Origin: a virus
Lineage: Duplodnaviria > Caudoviricetes
IMG/VR virus record: IMGVR_UViG_3300006105_000007
Location: 1-45,007 of that record
DNA length: 45,007 nt
Strand: one strand, 5' to 3'
A program made the translations under genes and the position numbers. The first letter of the stretch is position 1. The number at the start of each line of letters is the position of its first letter. The notes beneath the pieces are model-generated. The model was given only the letters and a program-made list of their open reading frames with translations, made no database searches and was not told where the DNA came from. This document shows, in pieces, positions 18,970 to 27,287 of this stretch.

Positions 18970-19557
18970 ACATGATTATGCAACATGAGAACACGAATCT
19001 TGAAGAAAACGAAGAAAAAAACTTGACAGATCGGGTACGCTAGATCGGTTCCACGCTCCCCTGATAGCAAGAGCGAGACGCCGCAGACAACGAAATCTGG
19101 AAAGACACAGGAAAAGAACCAGTCTGAAAGAGGGGAACGAATTACTCTTATTGTTCTTGTCTCCTAAAATGAATCACGATTAACTTACCTGCGCTACTCT
19201 TAGTTAGGATGGAGTGATAACCTCGTAATAATACTAGGTAACTAATTTGTAAATCTATTGCTTTTCTAAATCTGGATCGGGGTTTGGAACTGAAATTGGA
19301 AATTGGTTTGGTTTTTCATTGAATGACCTATAGGCCCCTCCCCAAAATCGCTCCACTGTTACCCTCCCCCTAGGGTGCTTCATATGTGAACGGGTGAAAA
19401 TGTGTAGGGGTAGCTGATACTTTGCGCTCTCCTTAAAGGTCATTCGTCTCGGTTAAGACTGTACTTTGGGGTGAATCGAGCACGATGCAAGTGAGAATTG
19501 AGGCGATAACGCAAGCTCGGCGGCATCCGATAGGTAGGAACCGGCCAAAGTAGGTAG

Positions 19558-19587
19558 TTGACACTCTATCACTGTATATGATATGCT
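19558..19587 (+). promoter_or_regulatory. Strong sigma70-type early promoter
   Basis: TTGACA-18 nt-TATGCT with an extended -10 TG. Confidence 0.75.
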
Positions 19588-19591
19588 ATCC

Positions 19592-19687
19592 ATGATGGTT
19601 ACTTTACTGTTGTGTGTGGTGCTGGGCCTCGCTATTGGTGCGGGGCTTGTGCTCTTGGTTACATCTGTCGGGGACTCAGGGGAATGA
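19592..19687 (+). CDS. Small single-TM peptide (31 aa), probably leaderless
   Basis: MMVTLLLCVVLGLAIGAGLVLLVTSVGDSGE; starts at the predicted TSS and its TGA overlaps the next ATG. Confidence 0.55.
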   Translation: MMVTLLLCVVLGLAIGAGLVLLVTSVGDSGE

Positions 19688-19863
19688 GCCGCAAGCATTA
19701 CGTTTTAATCGCTCAAGCAATAGGCTCTATTGCTCGTCTCTCTGCTTCTCATACGTCGGCCATGCTTGTGCTAGTGGACGTGTTATGCATCCAATTCAAA
19801 GCCGATAACGCAGGATTTAATGAAGCTCTCTTCCGTAAGGCATCGGGAGTAGATAGGGTTTAA
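19684..19863 (+). CDS. Conserved small phage early protein
   Basis: MSRKHYVLIAQAI...FKADNAGFNEALFRKA matches a common phage small-protein pattern. Confidence 0.7.
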   Translation: MSRKHYVLIAQAIGSIARLSASHTSAMLVLVDVLCIQFKADNAGFNEALFRKASGVDRV

Positions 19864-19929
19864 CTATTCGTCGTGGTTTGTCCGGGGAAGGGCGCGAACC
19901 CTCGGAACGTTAGCGCAAGGGAAACAAAA

Positions 19930-21645
19930 ATGTCTGAATTAAAAGACCGTGAACTAATGTTTGCGGACGTTTTATATGTGCAGTGCGAAGGCGACTTATT
20001 AGTGCCTGCTGACAGGTACTACTCTGGTGAAGCTCTAGTTGACTGGCTAAAAGGCTGTGCAATGGCTCCTGCATTCGCATCTTATTGCGCTCAGAGTCTA
20101 GGGGTGAAACATACCGGGGTATCGGGGGTTCTACATTTTTTCGCTGATAGCGGTACATTACGAGCATGTGATTATCCGGAACCGTTGCCGTTTGTGGCGA
20201 CCACCGAAGGCTGGGAAGTATTCCAAGCTGGGGTACGTCAATTCTGCGACGGGATGACAGACGAAGAGACTAATCGGGAGTTGCATCTGGTTTCTGCGTA
20301 CTTTACTGAGAGAATGCGTAGAACTACGGGGAGTTCGGTCACGCAGGAAGATATTTGCCCTTGCATTGACTGCACTAGGCAGAATATGCGCCGTCGTCAA
20401 TACCGAAGGCGTCTGACTCGTAACTTGTTAGATATGCGGGTCTACCGTAACCGGGATCGTGCGGAAAGGCTGATAATGGCGCTTTGGGGCAATTATCGCT
20501 TTCATCTGCGACATGCGCTCATCAGGGACTTCTTGGAACAGAGTGCGAACGTCGTGGACTGTCGTCCATTGGAGTGTTACCTATGGAAAGCTGAGGCGGT
20601 TGACGTATACGTTGACGGGGGGTTTGTCTGGCTACCGCTTATCCCTACTAACCGACAAGTCCGGGACATTCAGTCATGTTACTCGGAGCTGGGCTTCGAG
20701 GTATGGTGGAGTGCGGGTGGCGGGTGGGTTGTTGAACCACGCCACGATGAGGATGATGAGAATGACGACGATGATAACCAATCTAACTACATTCCTGATT
20801 ATCATTCCGTCTCTCGACCATGGCGCAGGCGAACTATTCAACCGTACGAAATGGGAATCGAGGTCGAAGCATTCTGCGATGAGCGGGGCGCATTGGCGGC
20901 TGATGTCTGCATAATCACGTCGGCATTTGACGAGCCTTGCCTCGCTGAGCGTGACGGGTCATTGGACGGCTCATACGGTATCGAATCGGTTACACCGCCC
21001 ACATATCTTGAGGACGCTAAGCGGTTAGCGGTTGAACTGTCTGAGGCTTTGCGCACTCATGATGCTAAGATTCCTAACAATGAATACGGGTTGCACGTAT
21101 CAATATGCACTCATGAGTGGTCCATATTGCATCTTGGTAAGTTTGAGGCATTTCTGAATGTCAACCAAGACGTGTGTGAATTGATCGCGCGGCGCGCACG
21201 CAACCATTGGTGCCAAACAGTAGAAGGGGGATTCACTGGGCGCATTAAAAGGTTCAAACGACATAGCAGATTTGACAAGTCACGCGGACATGGCATGATA
21301 CGGGAGGTACTGTCGTCAACGTCGGGGCATTATGATCTAGTTCAACTAGGCTCAAGTGGTCGTGCTGAAGTTCGTATGTTTCGGTCATCCACTAAAGCTA
21401 TTAACCTCGTGGGTGCTATCGAATTTGTTCATGCCGTAGCCTCCTACACTCGTGATTGCTCGGTTAGCCAAACGGCTGATGGCGGGGTGTGTGATTTACC
21501 GGCGTTTTGGCGCTTCTGCTGGGAACGTCGCAAGCGGGATTATCCTAACCTATTCAAATATGCCTTGGAGTGTGGGGTAGACACCTCGCTCCCTATTCGT
21601 AATGATCGCCTTGAAAAGATTCAAAAATCTGGAGTTGTTGCTTAA
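19930..21645 (+). CDS. Putative amidoligase (COOH-NH2 ligase, glutamine-synthetase-like fold)
   Basis: MGIEVE, ERDGSL, GIESVTPP, GLHVSI and AEVRMFRS motifs. Confidence 0.88.
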   Translation: MSELKDRELMFADVLYVQCEGDLLVPADRYYSGEALVDWLKGCAMAPAFASYCAQSLGVKHTGVSGVLHFFADSGTLRACDYPEPLPFVATTEGWEVFQAGVRQFCDGMTDEETNRELHLVSAYFTERMRRTTGSSVTQEDICPCIDCTRQNMRRRQYRRRLTRNLLDMRVYRNRDRAERLIMALWGNYRFHLRHALIRDFLEQSANVVDCRPLECYLWKAEAVDVYVDGGFVWLPLIPTNRQVRDIQSCYSELGFEVWWSAGGGWVVEPRHDEDDENDDDDNQSNYIPDYHSVSRPWRRRTIQPYEMGIEVEAFCDERGALAADVCIITSAFDEPCLAERDGSLDGSYGIESVTPPTYLEDAKRLAVELSEALRTHDAKIPNNEYGLHVSICTHEWSILHLGKFEAFLNVNQDVCELIARRARNHWCQTVEGGFTGRIKRFKRHSRFDKSRGHGMIREVLSSTSGHYDLVQLGSSGRAEVRMFRSSTKAINLVGAIEFVHAVASYTRDCSVSQTADGGVCDLPAFWRFCWERRKRDYPNLFKYALECGVDTSLPIRNDRLEKIQKSGVVA

Positions 21646-21646
21646 A

Positions 21647-22771
21647 ATGTGTTTAATCATTTCTTCTCAGCCTATCGAAGTTGCTGGTAAGCCTTGCGTA
21701 TCTCTGGAGACTATTAAGTCGGCTATTGCGGCCAACCCTCATGGCGTCGGCGTAGCGTGGGCCGACGGGCGCGTACACGTTAAAAGGCGGGTTCGCGCTA
21801 ACGCTGAAACGGTACATAAGCTGATTACCTCCTTGCATGAAGCCGGGTTCGCTTGGACGTTTCATACTCGCTTTGCGACTCATGGCAAAGTCAACGAAGC
21901 TAACACTCATCCTGTTCAGTTATCCGACGAAGTGGTCTTGTCACACAACGGGATTTTGAGCGGGTACGGTTCTACGGAGGTGTCTGATACTCGTGAGTTT
22001 TGCCGAGTTCACTTGCGCGGTATTCGTGCTGATGCGGTCCACGATCCTGAGACTATCGAACGGTTAGAACGTATGGGTGTGATGCGTGGCTCTAAGTTCG
22101 CCATACTCTCGCACGATGGCCGTATCTCTCATGTCAATAAGGATGCCGGTTATAAGTGCGACCTTACCGGGTGTTGGTTCTCCGCGTATGGTTACGCATA
22201 TGGGCAAGAGTATGATGCTTTCGACTATGGGTGGAATCATTCGCCCAGCACACCTATGTCGTCGCGCACCAATACCTCATGCGCCACCCGTAGGCTCGTG
22301 ATTAAGCATTACAAGGCTGAGGATATTCTTAGTGCCGCAGATTGGGCGCGTATTAAGTCAGGAGAGATAACACTGGACCTTGCCTGTGAGTGGGCGGCTG
22401 ATGATTATTTATTAGACTATGACCCATTAACGGGGTTATTCGTAGACCGTTACTGGTACTGGGATAACATGTCCGCGACCGGCACCACCATTAACCGCTA
22501 CTTGGAAGATAAAGCCTCTGAGAGTCTGGGGGTAGAACAGGAGCGGCATACTGACTCATTACCTCCTCTTGAGGACGGTTATATTCTCGTTGCGGCGAAT
22601 TCGCCATTGGTACCGATACCTCTGGAGTGGAAGTTTACTGGCCCGGCGTTTACTCGATGGTACGCATCCACCGCTTCCGGGGGCATGACGTGCAAGCAAC
22701 TATATGAGGCATCCGGGGCGCGTTACGCAATGCCCTGCCAGTCGGCCTCTGAACTTGTCAAGAGTAGTTAA
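21647..22771 (+). CDS. Class II (Ntn) glutamine amidotransferase with C-terminal extension
   Basis: True start MCLII (Cys2 nucleophile); NPHGVG, HTRFATHG, NTHP, HNGIL and SDTREF motifs. Confidence 0.9.
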   Translation: MCLIISSQPIEVAGKPCVSLETIKSAIAANPHGVGVAWADGRVHVKRRVRANAETVHKLITSLHEAGFAWTFHTRFATHGKVNEANTHPVQLSDEVVLSHNGILSGYGSTEVSDTREFCRVHLRGIRADAVHDPETIERLERMGVMRGSKFAILSHDGRISHVNKDAGYKCDLTGCWFSAYGYAYGQEYDAFDYGWNHSPSTPMSSRTNTSCATRRLVIKHYKAEDILSAADWARIKSGEITLDLACEWAADDYLLDYDPLTGLFVDRYWYWDNMSATGTTINRYLEDKASESLGVEQERHTDSLPPLEDGYILVAANSPLVPIPLEWKFTGPAFTRWYASTASGGMTCKQLYEASGARYAMPCQSASELVKSS

Positions 22772-22785
22772 CTATCGGTCGTTTC

Positions 22786-22814
22786 TCCCCTCGGTTTTGG
22801 CTGAGGGGATTTTT
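22786..22814 (+). terminator. Intrinsic terminator
   Basis: tcccctcgg-ttttgg-ctgagggga followed by ttttt. Confidence 0.75.
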
Positions 22815-22855
22815 AGGTACCTAGTCTCTGGTGCGGACTAGGTTAAGGTGAATAA

Positions 22856-23098
22856 GTGAAAATAAGAAGTTCAGTATTGGAACGTATACCCCCATTTAGT
22901 TGCCGGGTTCGGGTTCTTGAAAGTCGAGTTGATGAGGCTTGTAAAGCGTATGTACTCGCAAGGTCGCGGTATCTCTTGGCGGTCGCTAATGGGGAGAATA
23001 CGGCGGTGCTACGTCACGCGGTTAATATCGCGTCTTGGACGTTAGCGAGTCGTAAGAAGTCTCTACGCATCATGCGAGACTGTTTGAGGTGGTGGTGA
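22856..23098 (+). CDS. Hypothetical basic protein
   Basis: 80 aa, GTG start with an AAGGTG RBS. Confidence 0.55.
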   Translation: MKIRSSVLERIPPFSCRVRVLESRVDEACKAYVLARSRYLLAVANGENTAVLRHAVNIASWTLASRKKSLRIMRDCLRWW

Positions 23099-23226
23099 CG
23101 TGGCGAACGGTCACTCATGCCTTATGGTTGGCGCTCCTTGCGTTCCTTGCGCTCGTGACGGTCAACCGGCTACTTGCGGCTGTTGTGGACCGTCTCCCAT
23201 GCTCTGATTACCGTCAAGGTCAATAA
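23095..23226 (+). CDS. Small TM protein (43 aa)
   Basis: GTGA overlap; MTWRTVTHALWLALLAFLALVTV... Confidence 0.5.
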   Translation: MTWRTVTHALWLALLAFLALVTVNRLLAAVVDRLPCSDYRQGQ

Positions 23227-23231
23227 GTAAT

Positions 23232-23264
23232 GCCCATGCTTAGAACTCTAAGCATGGGCCTTTT
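23232..23264. terminator. Terminator between convergent units
   Basis: gcccatgcttag-aact-ctaagcatgggc perfect 12-bp stem, then ctttt. Confidence 0.8.
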
Positions 23265-23276
23265 GCGCGTCCGTGG

Positions 23277-23696
23277 CTATTCGTCGGCGAATGGGTCATA
23301 CTCCTCGGTCGCAGTCGCTGTAGTGCCCGATGACGTGGAACGGTTACCGGTGCCTGTGTTAGCGGGGTCCCCGTCATCGTCACGTCTCTCTAGCCCATTA
23401 ACGCTATCTGCTACCAATTCCCAGATACGCACTTCCTGCCCGTCTTGCGCGGTCCACTTGCGCTCTTCCATCCGTCCGGTGGCGCTTGCCAATTTACCCT
23501 TCCGTAAGTAGTCACCGGCGTACCTCGCGGATTGCTCCCAGCATGTAACGCGAAAGAAGTCAGCGGTCGGTGATCCCTCCTGACGCTTCCCGCGGCGATT
23601 CACGGCTAGGGTGAAGGAGCAGGTGGTTTTGCCGCTGTTCGTCGTCCTGACCTCTGGGTCCTTCGTCAGTCGGCCCACAATACTAATATTATTCAT
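23277..23696 (-). CDS. ssb: Single-stranded DNA-binding protein
   Basis: IVGRLTKDPEVRTT, ADFFRVTCW and an acidic tail EEYDPFADE. Confidence 0.96.
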   Translation of the reverse strand: MNNISIVGRLTKDPEVRTTNSGKTTCSFTLAVNRRGKRQEGSPTADFFRVTCWEQSARYAGDYLRKGKLASATGRMEERKWTAQDGQEVRIWELVADSVNGLERRDDDGDPANTGTGNRSTSSGTTATATEEYDPFADE

Positions 23697-23779
23697 CTTT
23701 GGATTGCCTCTTCTTTGGATTGCTGGCCCCTTCTTTGGATTGCTCGGGGCCTTCTTTGGATTGCTTACGGCGTCTTTAC

Positions 23780-23950
23780 TTATATTGGGGAGTATGGTTC
23801 ATCATAATCGCCAGATGCTTGTAAATTGCGGGACACTGCCTCGCGTTCTTCGGCGTCATCCTCGGGGGTACGCGTTAAGTCTGGGTATTTATCCTCTCGC
23901 TCTCGCGCAGTATCCCGTGTTATACTTACTGGTCGTGGTTGAAATCTCAT
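23780..23950 (-). CDS. Small acidic protein (56 aa, MRFQPRPVS...)
   Basis: Translated by hand; has an AGGAG RBS and is bracketed by the 11-mer repeats. Confidence 0.55.
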   Translation of the reverse strand: MRFQPRPVSITRDTAREREDKYPDLTRTPEDDAEEREAVSRNLQASGDYDEPYSPI

Positions 23951-23989
23951 TGTCTCCTCTTTGGACTGCTTGAGCCCTTCTTTGGATTG

Positions 23990-24223
23990 CTATAGAACTT
24001 GATCGCGCTCTTTGAGCATAGCTCGGGCAATATCGTAGGAACGTTTCGCAATATCCTCGACGCTCACCCCTTGCAGTGTTGCGGTTCGTAGCCGGTCGGA
24101 TAGTACCGTGCTCAGGGCTTGCCCAGCAAAGTAGTCCAGTAACGACATGCCCTGGGCTTCCCATTGAACCACCTCATCGTTCCTGTCGAGCACTCGCCCA
24201 ACAGGAAACGCGGGTCCGCTCAT
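23990..24223 (-). CDS. Conserved hypothetical phage protein
   Basis: GPAFP...GMSLLDYFAGQAL...SYDIARAMLKER is a widespread phage motif. Confidence 0.75.
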   Translation of the reverse strand: MSGPAFPVGRVLDRNDEVVQWEAQGMSLLDYFAGQALSTVLSDRLRTATLQGVSVEDIAKRSYDIARAMLKERDQVL

Positions 24224-24603
24224 TTGACACACCCATTAACCCTAAAACTCCGTACAATAATGTCCATTCCATTCTCCTTGGCCCATGCTTTTTCCTTTGA
24301 GTAGCGATAATACGAATGCACTCGCTTTAGCTGGGATAACACGATTATGTCAGGTTTGGTAGCGATAACACAATCCCGATTTGCAAATCCAATCTGGTTT
24401 AACAGCCTAGTGTTTTCGTGTGGATCAAACTTTGCTCTGGTACGCCATTTATTCCACTCGCTCATTGAGAACTCCACGTGCATCCAGTCGCCGGTCGTGC
24501 CTGAGTATTCTTTGGATTGCTTACTGACCACTAAGCGCCTCCATATCGTGCCGCTCTTGACATGCGACATGGTACACGTCCGGCAACGGGTCATTGTCTC
24601 CAT
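24220..24603 (-). CDS. Hypothetical protein
   Basis: 127 aa ORF coupled to the downstream gene. Confidence 0.5.
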   Translation of the reverse strand: METMTRCRTCTMSHVKSGTIWRRLVVSKQSKEYSGTTGDWMHVEFSMSEWNKWRTRAKFDPHENTRLLNQIGFANRDCVIATKPDIIVLSQLKRVHSYYRYSKEKAWAKENGMDIIVRSFRVNGCVK

Positions 24604-24681
24604 AATTCACTGACACGACCGCTAACTTGTTGTCTATGTCAGCATAGGAAACGAATCTCCCGTAATACATACACCAAAACT

Positions 24682-24954
24682 TCATCTCAATTCTCCTATA
24701 AGCGTCACTGTCTCCCCGTCCCGCAAGATATGATCGACGTGGTACTTATTTGGATTGGTCAGCGTCTTTATGAACATGTCTTGCGTCGGCCCATCCACGT
24801 ACAAGGCATGTTGGTTGAGCCATAACTCATGAATATGGGCGTCTTCCGGGTGCGTGACGGGTTGTAGATGTGGCCCTGCACACTGCCATGCGGATAGAAG
24901 CACCAAAGCGGTGGCCAGTGACCCTAATGCAAATGCTTTATGTTCAGGAATCAT
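24682..24954 (-). CDS. Membrane-anchored/secreted small protein
   Basis: AAGGAG RBS; hydrophobic N-terminus AFALGSLATALVLLSAW. Confidence 0.65.
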   Translation of the reverse strand: MIPEHKAFALGSLATALVLLSAWQCAGPHLQPVTHPEDAHIHELWLNQHALYVDGPTQDMFIKTLTNPNKYHVDHILRDGETVTLIGELR

Positions 24955-25317
24955 TTCGTTTCTCCTTGTCTCAAGTTCTTTGAGACGTAAAGATCACCTA
25001 GAGACCCTATTACAGAAAAGTTATTGAATCATAGTAAATCACAGTTAAGAATAAGAACCTTCCTTATTCTAATTAGGGTATTCACTTTGGATTGTAAAAT
25101 TCTGCTTAGAAGTTATTAGGGATCAATAACTAACGATTCAAAATCTACCACCGATTTGCCTGTCTTTGGATTGCTTCATTAAATATTGCTATGAAATTAG
25201 CAAACATCAAAATGGTTACCGTAACCTGAGTGGTGATTGTATATAGTTTATCAGAGTCGCTATCAATAGTGCGCAATCAACTACTGATCGTGATATAATG
25301 ATAGCAGGAGAAACGAC
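24955..25317. promoter_or_regulatory. AT-rich divergent control region
   Basis: Extended -10 TGaTATAAT at 25291-25299 and an AGGAG RBS. Palindromes ggttacCgtaacc (25214-25226) and agaataag-N7-cttattct (25048-25070). Confidence 0.65.
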
Positions 25318-25716
25318 ATGAAAGTAAACGATTTCTTGGTTATCGGTAGTGGCCGACGCGCTACTCGCCACAAGATCACCGATATCACCAACCATAGCAT
25401 CCGCATCATGCCCTCACTCAAGGGTGCGCCAACTTCTCAAGAATACTTGCCCGAGCGAGTGATTGAGGCTATGCTGACGCGAGGAGCCGCTACATTGTTG
25501 GCTGAACCAGTTATGGCGGCATCTGAGGCAATCCTGGGAGAGTTGCGACAGCGAAACGCGTGGGCGAGAAGTGTGGAAGGTAACGTGCTCACTGTTCACG
25601 GACAGGCTGTAGACGTTATGACGTTGAACGAGATTATTACCGTGCTATCCAAGCACATGAGGGAGGAAGAAAATGTCGATGTTCAGTCAAATTGCGCATA
25701 CGGGCCTGACCGATGA
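25318..25716 (+). CDS. Hypothetical protein
   Basis: 132 aa with promoter and RBS. Confidence 0.7.
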   Translation: MKVNDFLVIGSGRRATRHKITDITNHSIRIMPSLKGAPTSQEYLPERVIEAMLTRGAATLLAEPVMAASEAILGELRQRNAWARSVEGNVLTVHGQAVDVMTLNEIITVLSKHMREEENVDVQSNCAYGPDR

Positions 25717-26053
25717 TGGTGGCTACATTGTCATTGACTTTGACACTCATATGGTTGGCACTATTGAGGCAATACGCGCCGCTCGCTTCCCGCATCCCAA
25801 CTTGACCGTAGTCCGGGTTGACAACCCCATCAGACTTACGCAACGACGACCAGCCACTCAACCTGCGCCCAGAAAGCCAGTGACCCCAAAAAGGCGGTCC
25901 ATGAAATTTAGATTGGACTTTTATTTCAGCCGTCAGGCTCATGATGAACTACTGGAAAAGCTGACCGCCTCCAATAAGCTCTACCTAACCCAAACCATTC
26001 CTATCGAGGGCACGAAAGCAACATGGATCAAGGTGTCATGGAACGAAGAATGA
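25673..26053 (+). CDS. Hypothetical protein
   Basis: 126 aa with a GGAGG RBS. Confidence 0.65.
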   Translation: MSMFSQIAHTGLTDDGGYIVIDFDTHMVGTIEAIRAARFPHPNLTVVRVDNPIRLTQRRPATQPAPRKPVTPKRRSMKFRLDFYFSRQAHDELLEKLTASNKLYLTQTIPIEGTKATWIKVSWNEE

Positions 26054-26223
26054 AGCCTCTTTATGATCTGTGCGCCCGTTGCGGCTTGCTGTTCTTTTAT
26101 GCGGCTGGCACCACTAGAACGCACTGTAATAAGTGTGAGGCCAGCACAAACACTAGACAGAAGCCTATCAGCTACCGTCAGATGCGCGTCATCATCCGGA
26201 AACAAACACAAGGAGACATGTAA
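26050..26223 (+). CDS. Small zinc-finger protein
   Basis: CARC...CNKC; ATGA overlap. Confidence 0.6.
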   Translation: MKPLYDLCARCGLLFFYAAGTTRTHCNKCEASTNTRQKPISYRQMRVIIRKQTQGDM

Positions 26224-26549
26224 TGTTAGATTTGAATTTTGAACCCATTGAGGGGGACGTAAAGGTTGTCAGGGATGACGACCGTAATTTCGCAGTCCAG
26301 CGTTATGTTGCGGTGGACATTAAAGAGTCAGGAGCCAGAGGTGGCAAGAAGACCGGCGAGAAGCGGCTGGAGTGGAAAACTCTTGGGTACTTTGGAGAGC
26401 GACCCGAGTCATTAGTGGCGGCGGCAAAATGCGCACTTGCGGCAGGAGCCAATGGTCACGACACCCGCGAGCTAGTCGCCAGCATCGAACGCGCCGAACG
26501 CAGTATTCGGCAATCAATCAAACAGTTACTTGAAGGAGGAAAAGCATGA
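26223..26549 (+). CDS. Hypothetical protein
   Basis: 108 aa, coupled to its neighbours; WKTLGYFG motif. Confidence 0.7.
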   Translation: MLDLNFEPIEGDVKVVRDDDRNFAVQRYVAVDIKESGARGGKKTGEKRLEWKTLGYFGERPESLVAAAKCALAAGANGHDTRELVASIERAERSIRQSIKQLLEGGKA

Positions 26550-26926
26550 AACCAGTAGAACTAGGATTTGTATTAGTCACCGATAAGTCGCTACCGACGC
26601 ATCCGTCGTGGATGGTATGGTCCCCGTGGAGTAATAATTGGGTGAGAACGCGCAATCAAGTAGGTGAGCGGCAAGGAGATATGACTTACGCCAAGCCCAT
26701 CGTAGACGGCTACGAAGTGGTGCAAGATCAAGCCCTCGTAGGTCAAAAGGATTGGCTGTATTTATCTATCGGTGGTACTCCGTCCCCGGTATGCGCGTTA
26801 CTCGATTGCACCATTCCTAATGACGTCTGGGCTAAGGGGGCGCGATTCTTGAAACCTATCGAACCACCGAATAATCCGGGGTCAGTGATGGTAGCTACTA
26901 TCCAGAATAACATGGAGGAAAAGTAA
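26546..26926 (+). CDS. Hypothetical protein with two internal repeats
   Basis: G(F/Y)x(L/V)V...W...(Y/F)xKPI occurs twice; AGGAGG RBS. Confidence 0.65.
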   Translation: MKPVELGFVLVTDKSLPTHPSWMVWSPWSNNWVRTRNQVGERQGDMTYAKPIVDGYEVVQDQALVGQKDWLYLSIGGTPSPVCALLDCTIPNDVWAKGARFLKPIEPPNNPGSVMVATIQNNMEEK

Positions 26927-27150
26927 TGCCTGTCAACCCACTCTATCTTAACCCATCACTATACTGCACCACCGACGAAGCTTGCGCTATCCTGAGTATC
27001 ACCAGAAGTGGTATTATCCAGGCCAGAGATAAGGGCAAGATCGACACTGTAAAGTTTGGTTCCACAATCATGTGGAACCGCGAATCAGTTGAAGCATATC
27101 GCAAGACACGGGGAACATTCCCCGTCTACACTCCAGGAGGAAGCAAATGA
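26926..27150 (+). CDS. Excisionase-like HTH DNA-binding protein
   Basis: TTDEACAILSITRSGI....KGKI...KFG..MWNRESVEAY. Confidence 0.8.
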   Translation: MPVNPLYLNPSLYCTTDEACAILSITRSGIIQARDKGKIDTVKFGSTIMWNRESVEAYRKTRGTFPVYTPGGSK

Positions 27151-27287
27151 ACAAACCACAGAAACGCTACGCGCTCTTGATGCCTCCACCGGCATTCATG
27201 AAAATGGTCATGGGTGACACGGGGTGCACCAACCCAAAGAAACTGCCACGTAAGGACGCGAAGCGCCTGAGTCGAGTCGGGAGGTAG
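27147..27287 (+). CDS. Small basic protein (46 aa)
   Basis: ATGA overlap and AGGAGG RBS; its stop abuts the convergent stop. Confidence 0.5.
   Translation: MNKPQKRYALLMPPPAFMKMVMGDTGCTNPKKLPRKDAKRLSRVGR

Larger units (their letters stand above)
23697..25174 (-). repeat. Cluster of co-oriented GCAATCCAAAG 11-mers
   Basis: Plus-strand ctttggattgc at 23697, 23713, 23733, 23754, 23980, 24510 and 25164; one-mismatch copies at 23959 and 25085. Confidence 0.9.

Noticed and set aside
19061-19100. Possible hammerhead ribozyme (ctgatag...cgaaa)
   Set aside because: The core is CUGAUAG rather than CUGANGA, and the required stems are not evident.
19557-19571. gttgacactctatca matches the start of the Tn10 tet promoter/operator
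   Set aside because: The second half of the tetO palindrome is absent and no tet genes are present; likely coincidence around a TTGACA box.
21602-21646. ORF-track start of the GATase at 21602
   Set aside because: Ntn amidotransferases need Cys at position 2; ATG 21647 (MCLII) fits and follows the ligase stop.
23697-23764. Tandem repeats as a mini-CRISPR array
   Set aside because: Repeats are only 11-14 nt with spacers of 10 nt or less, are not palindromic, and no cas genes are present.
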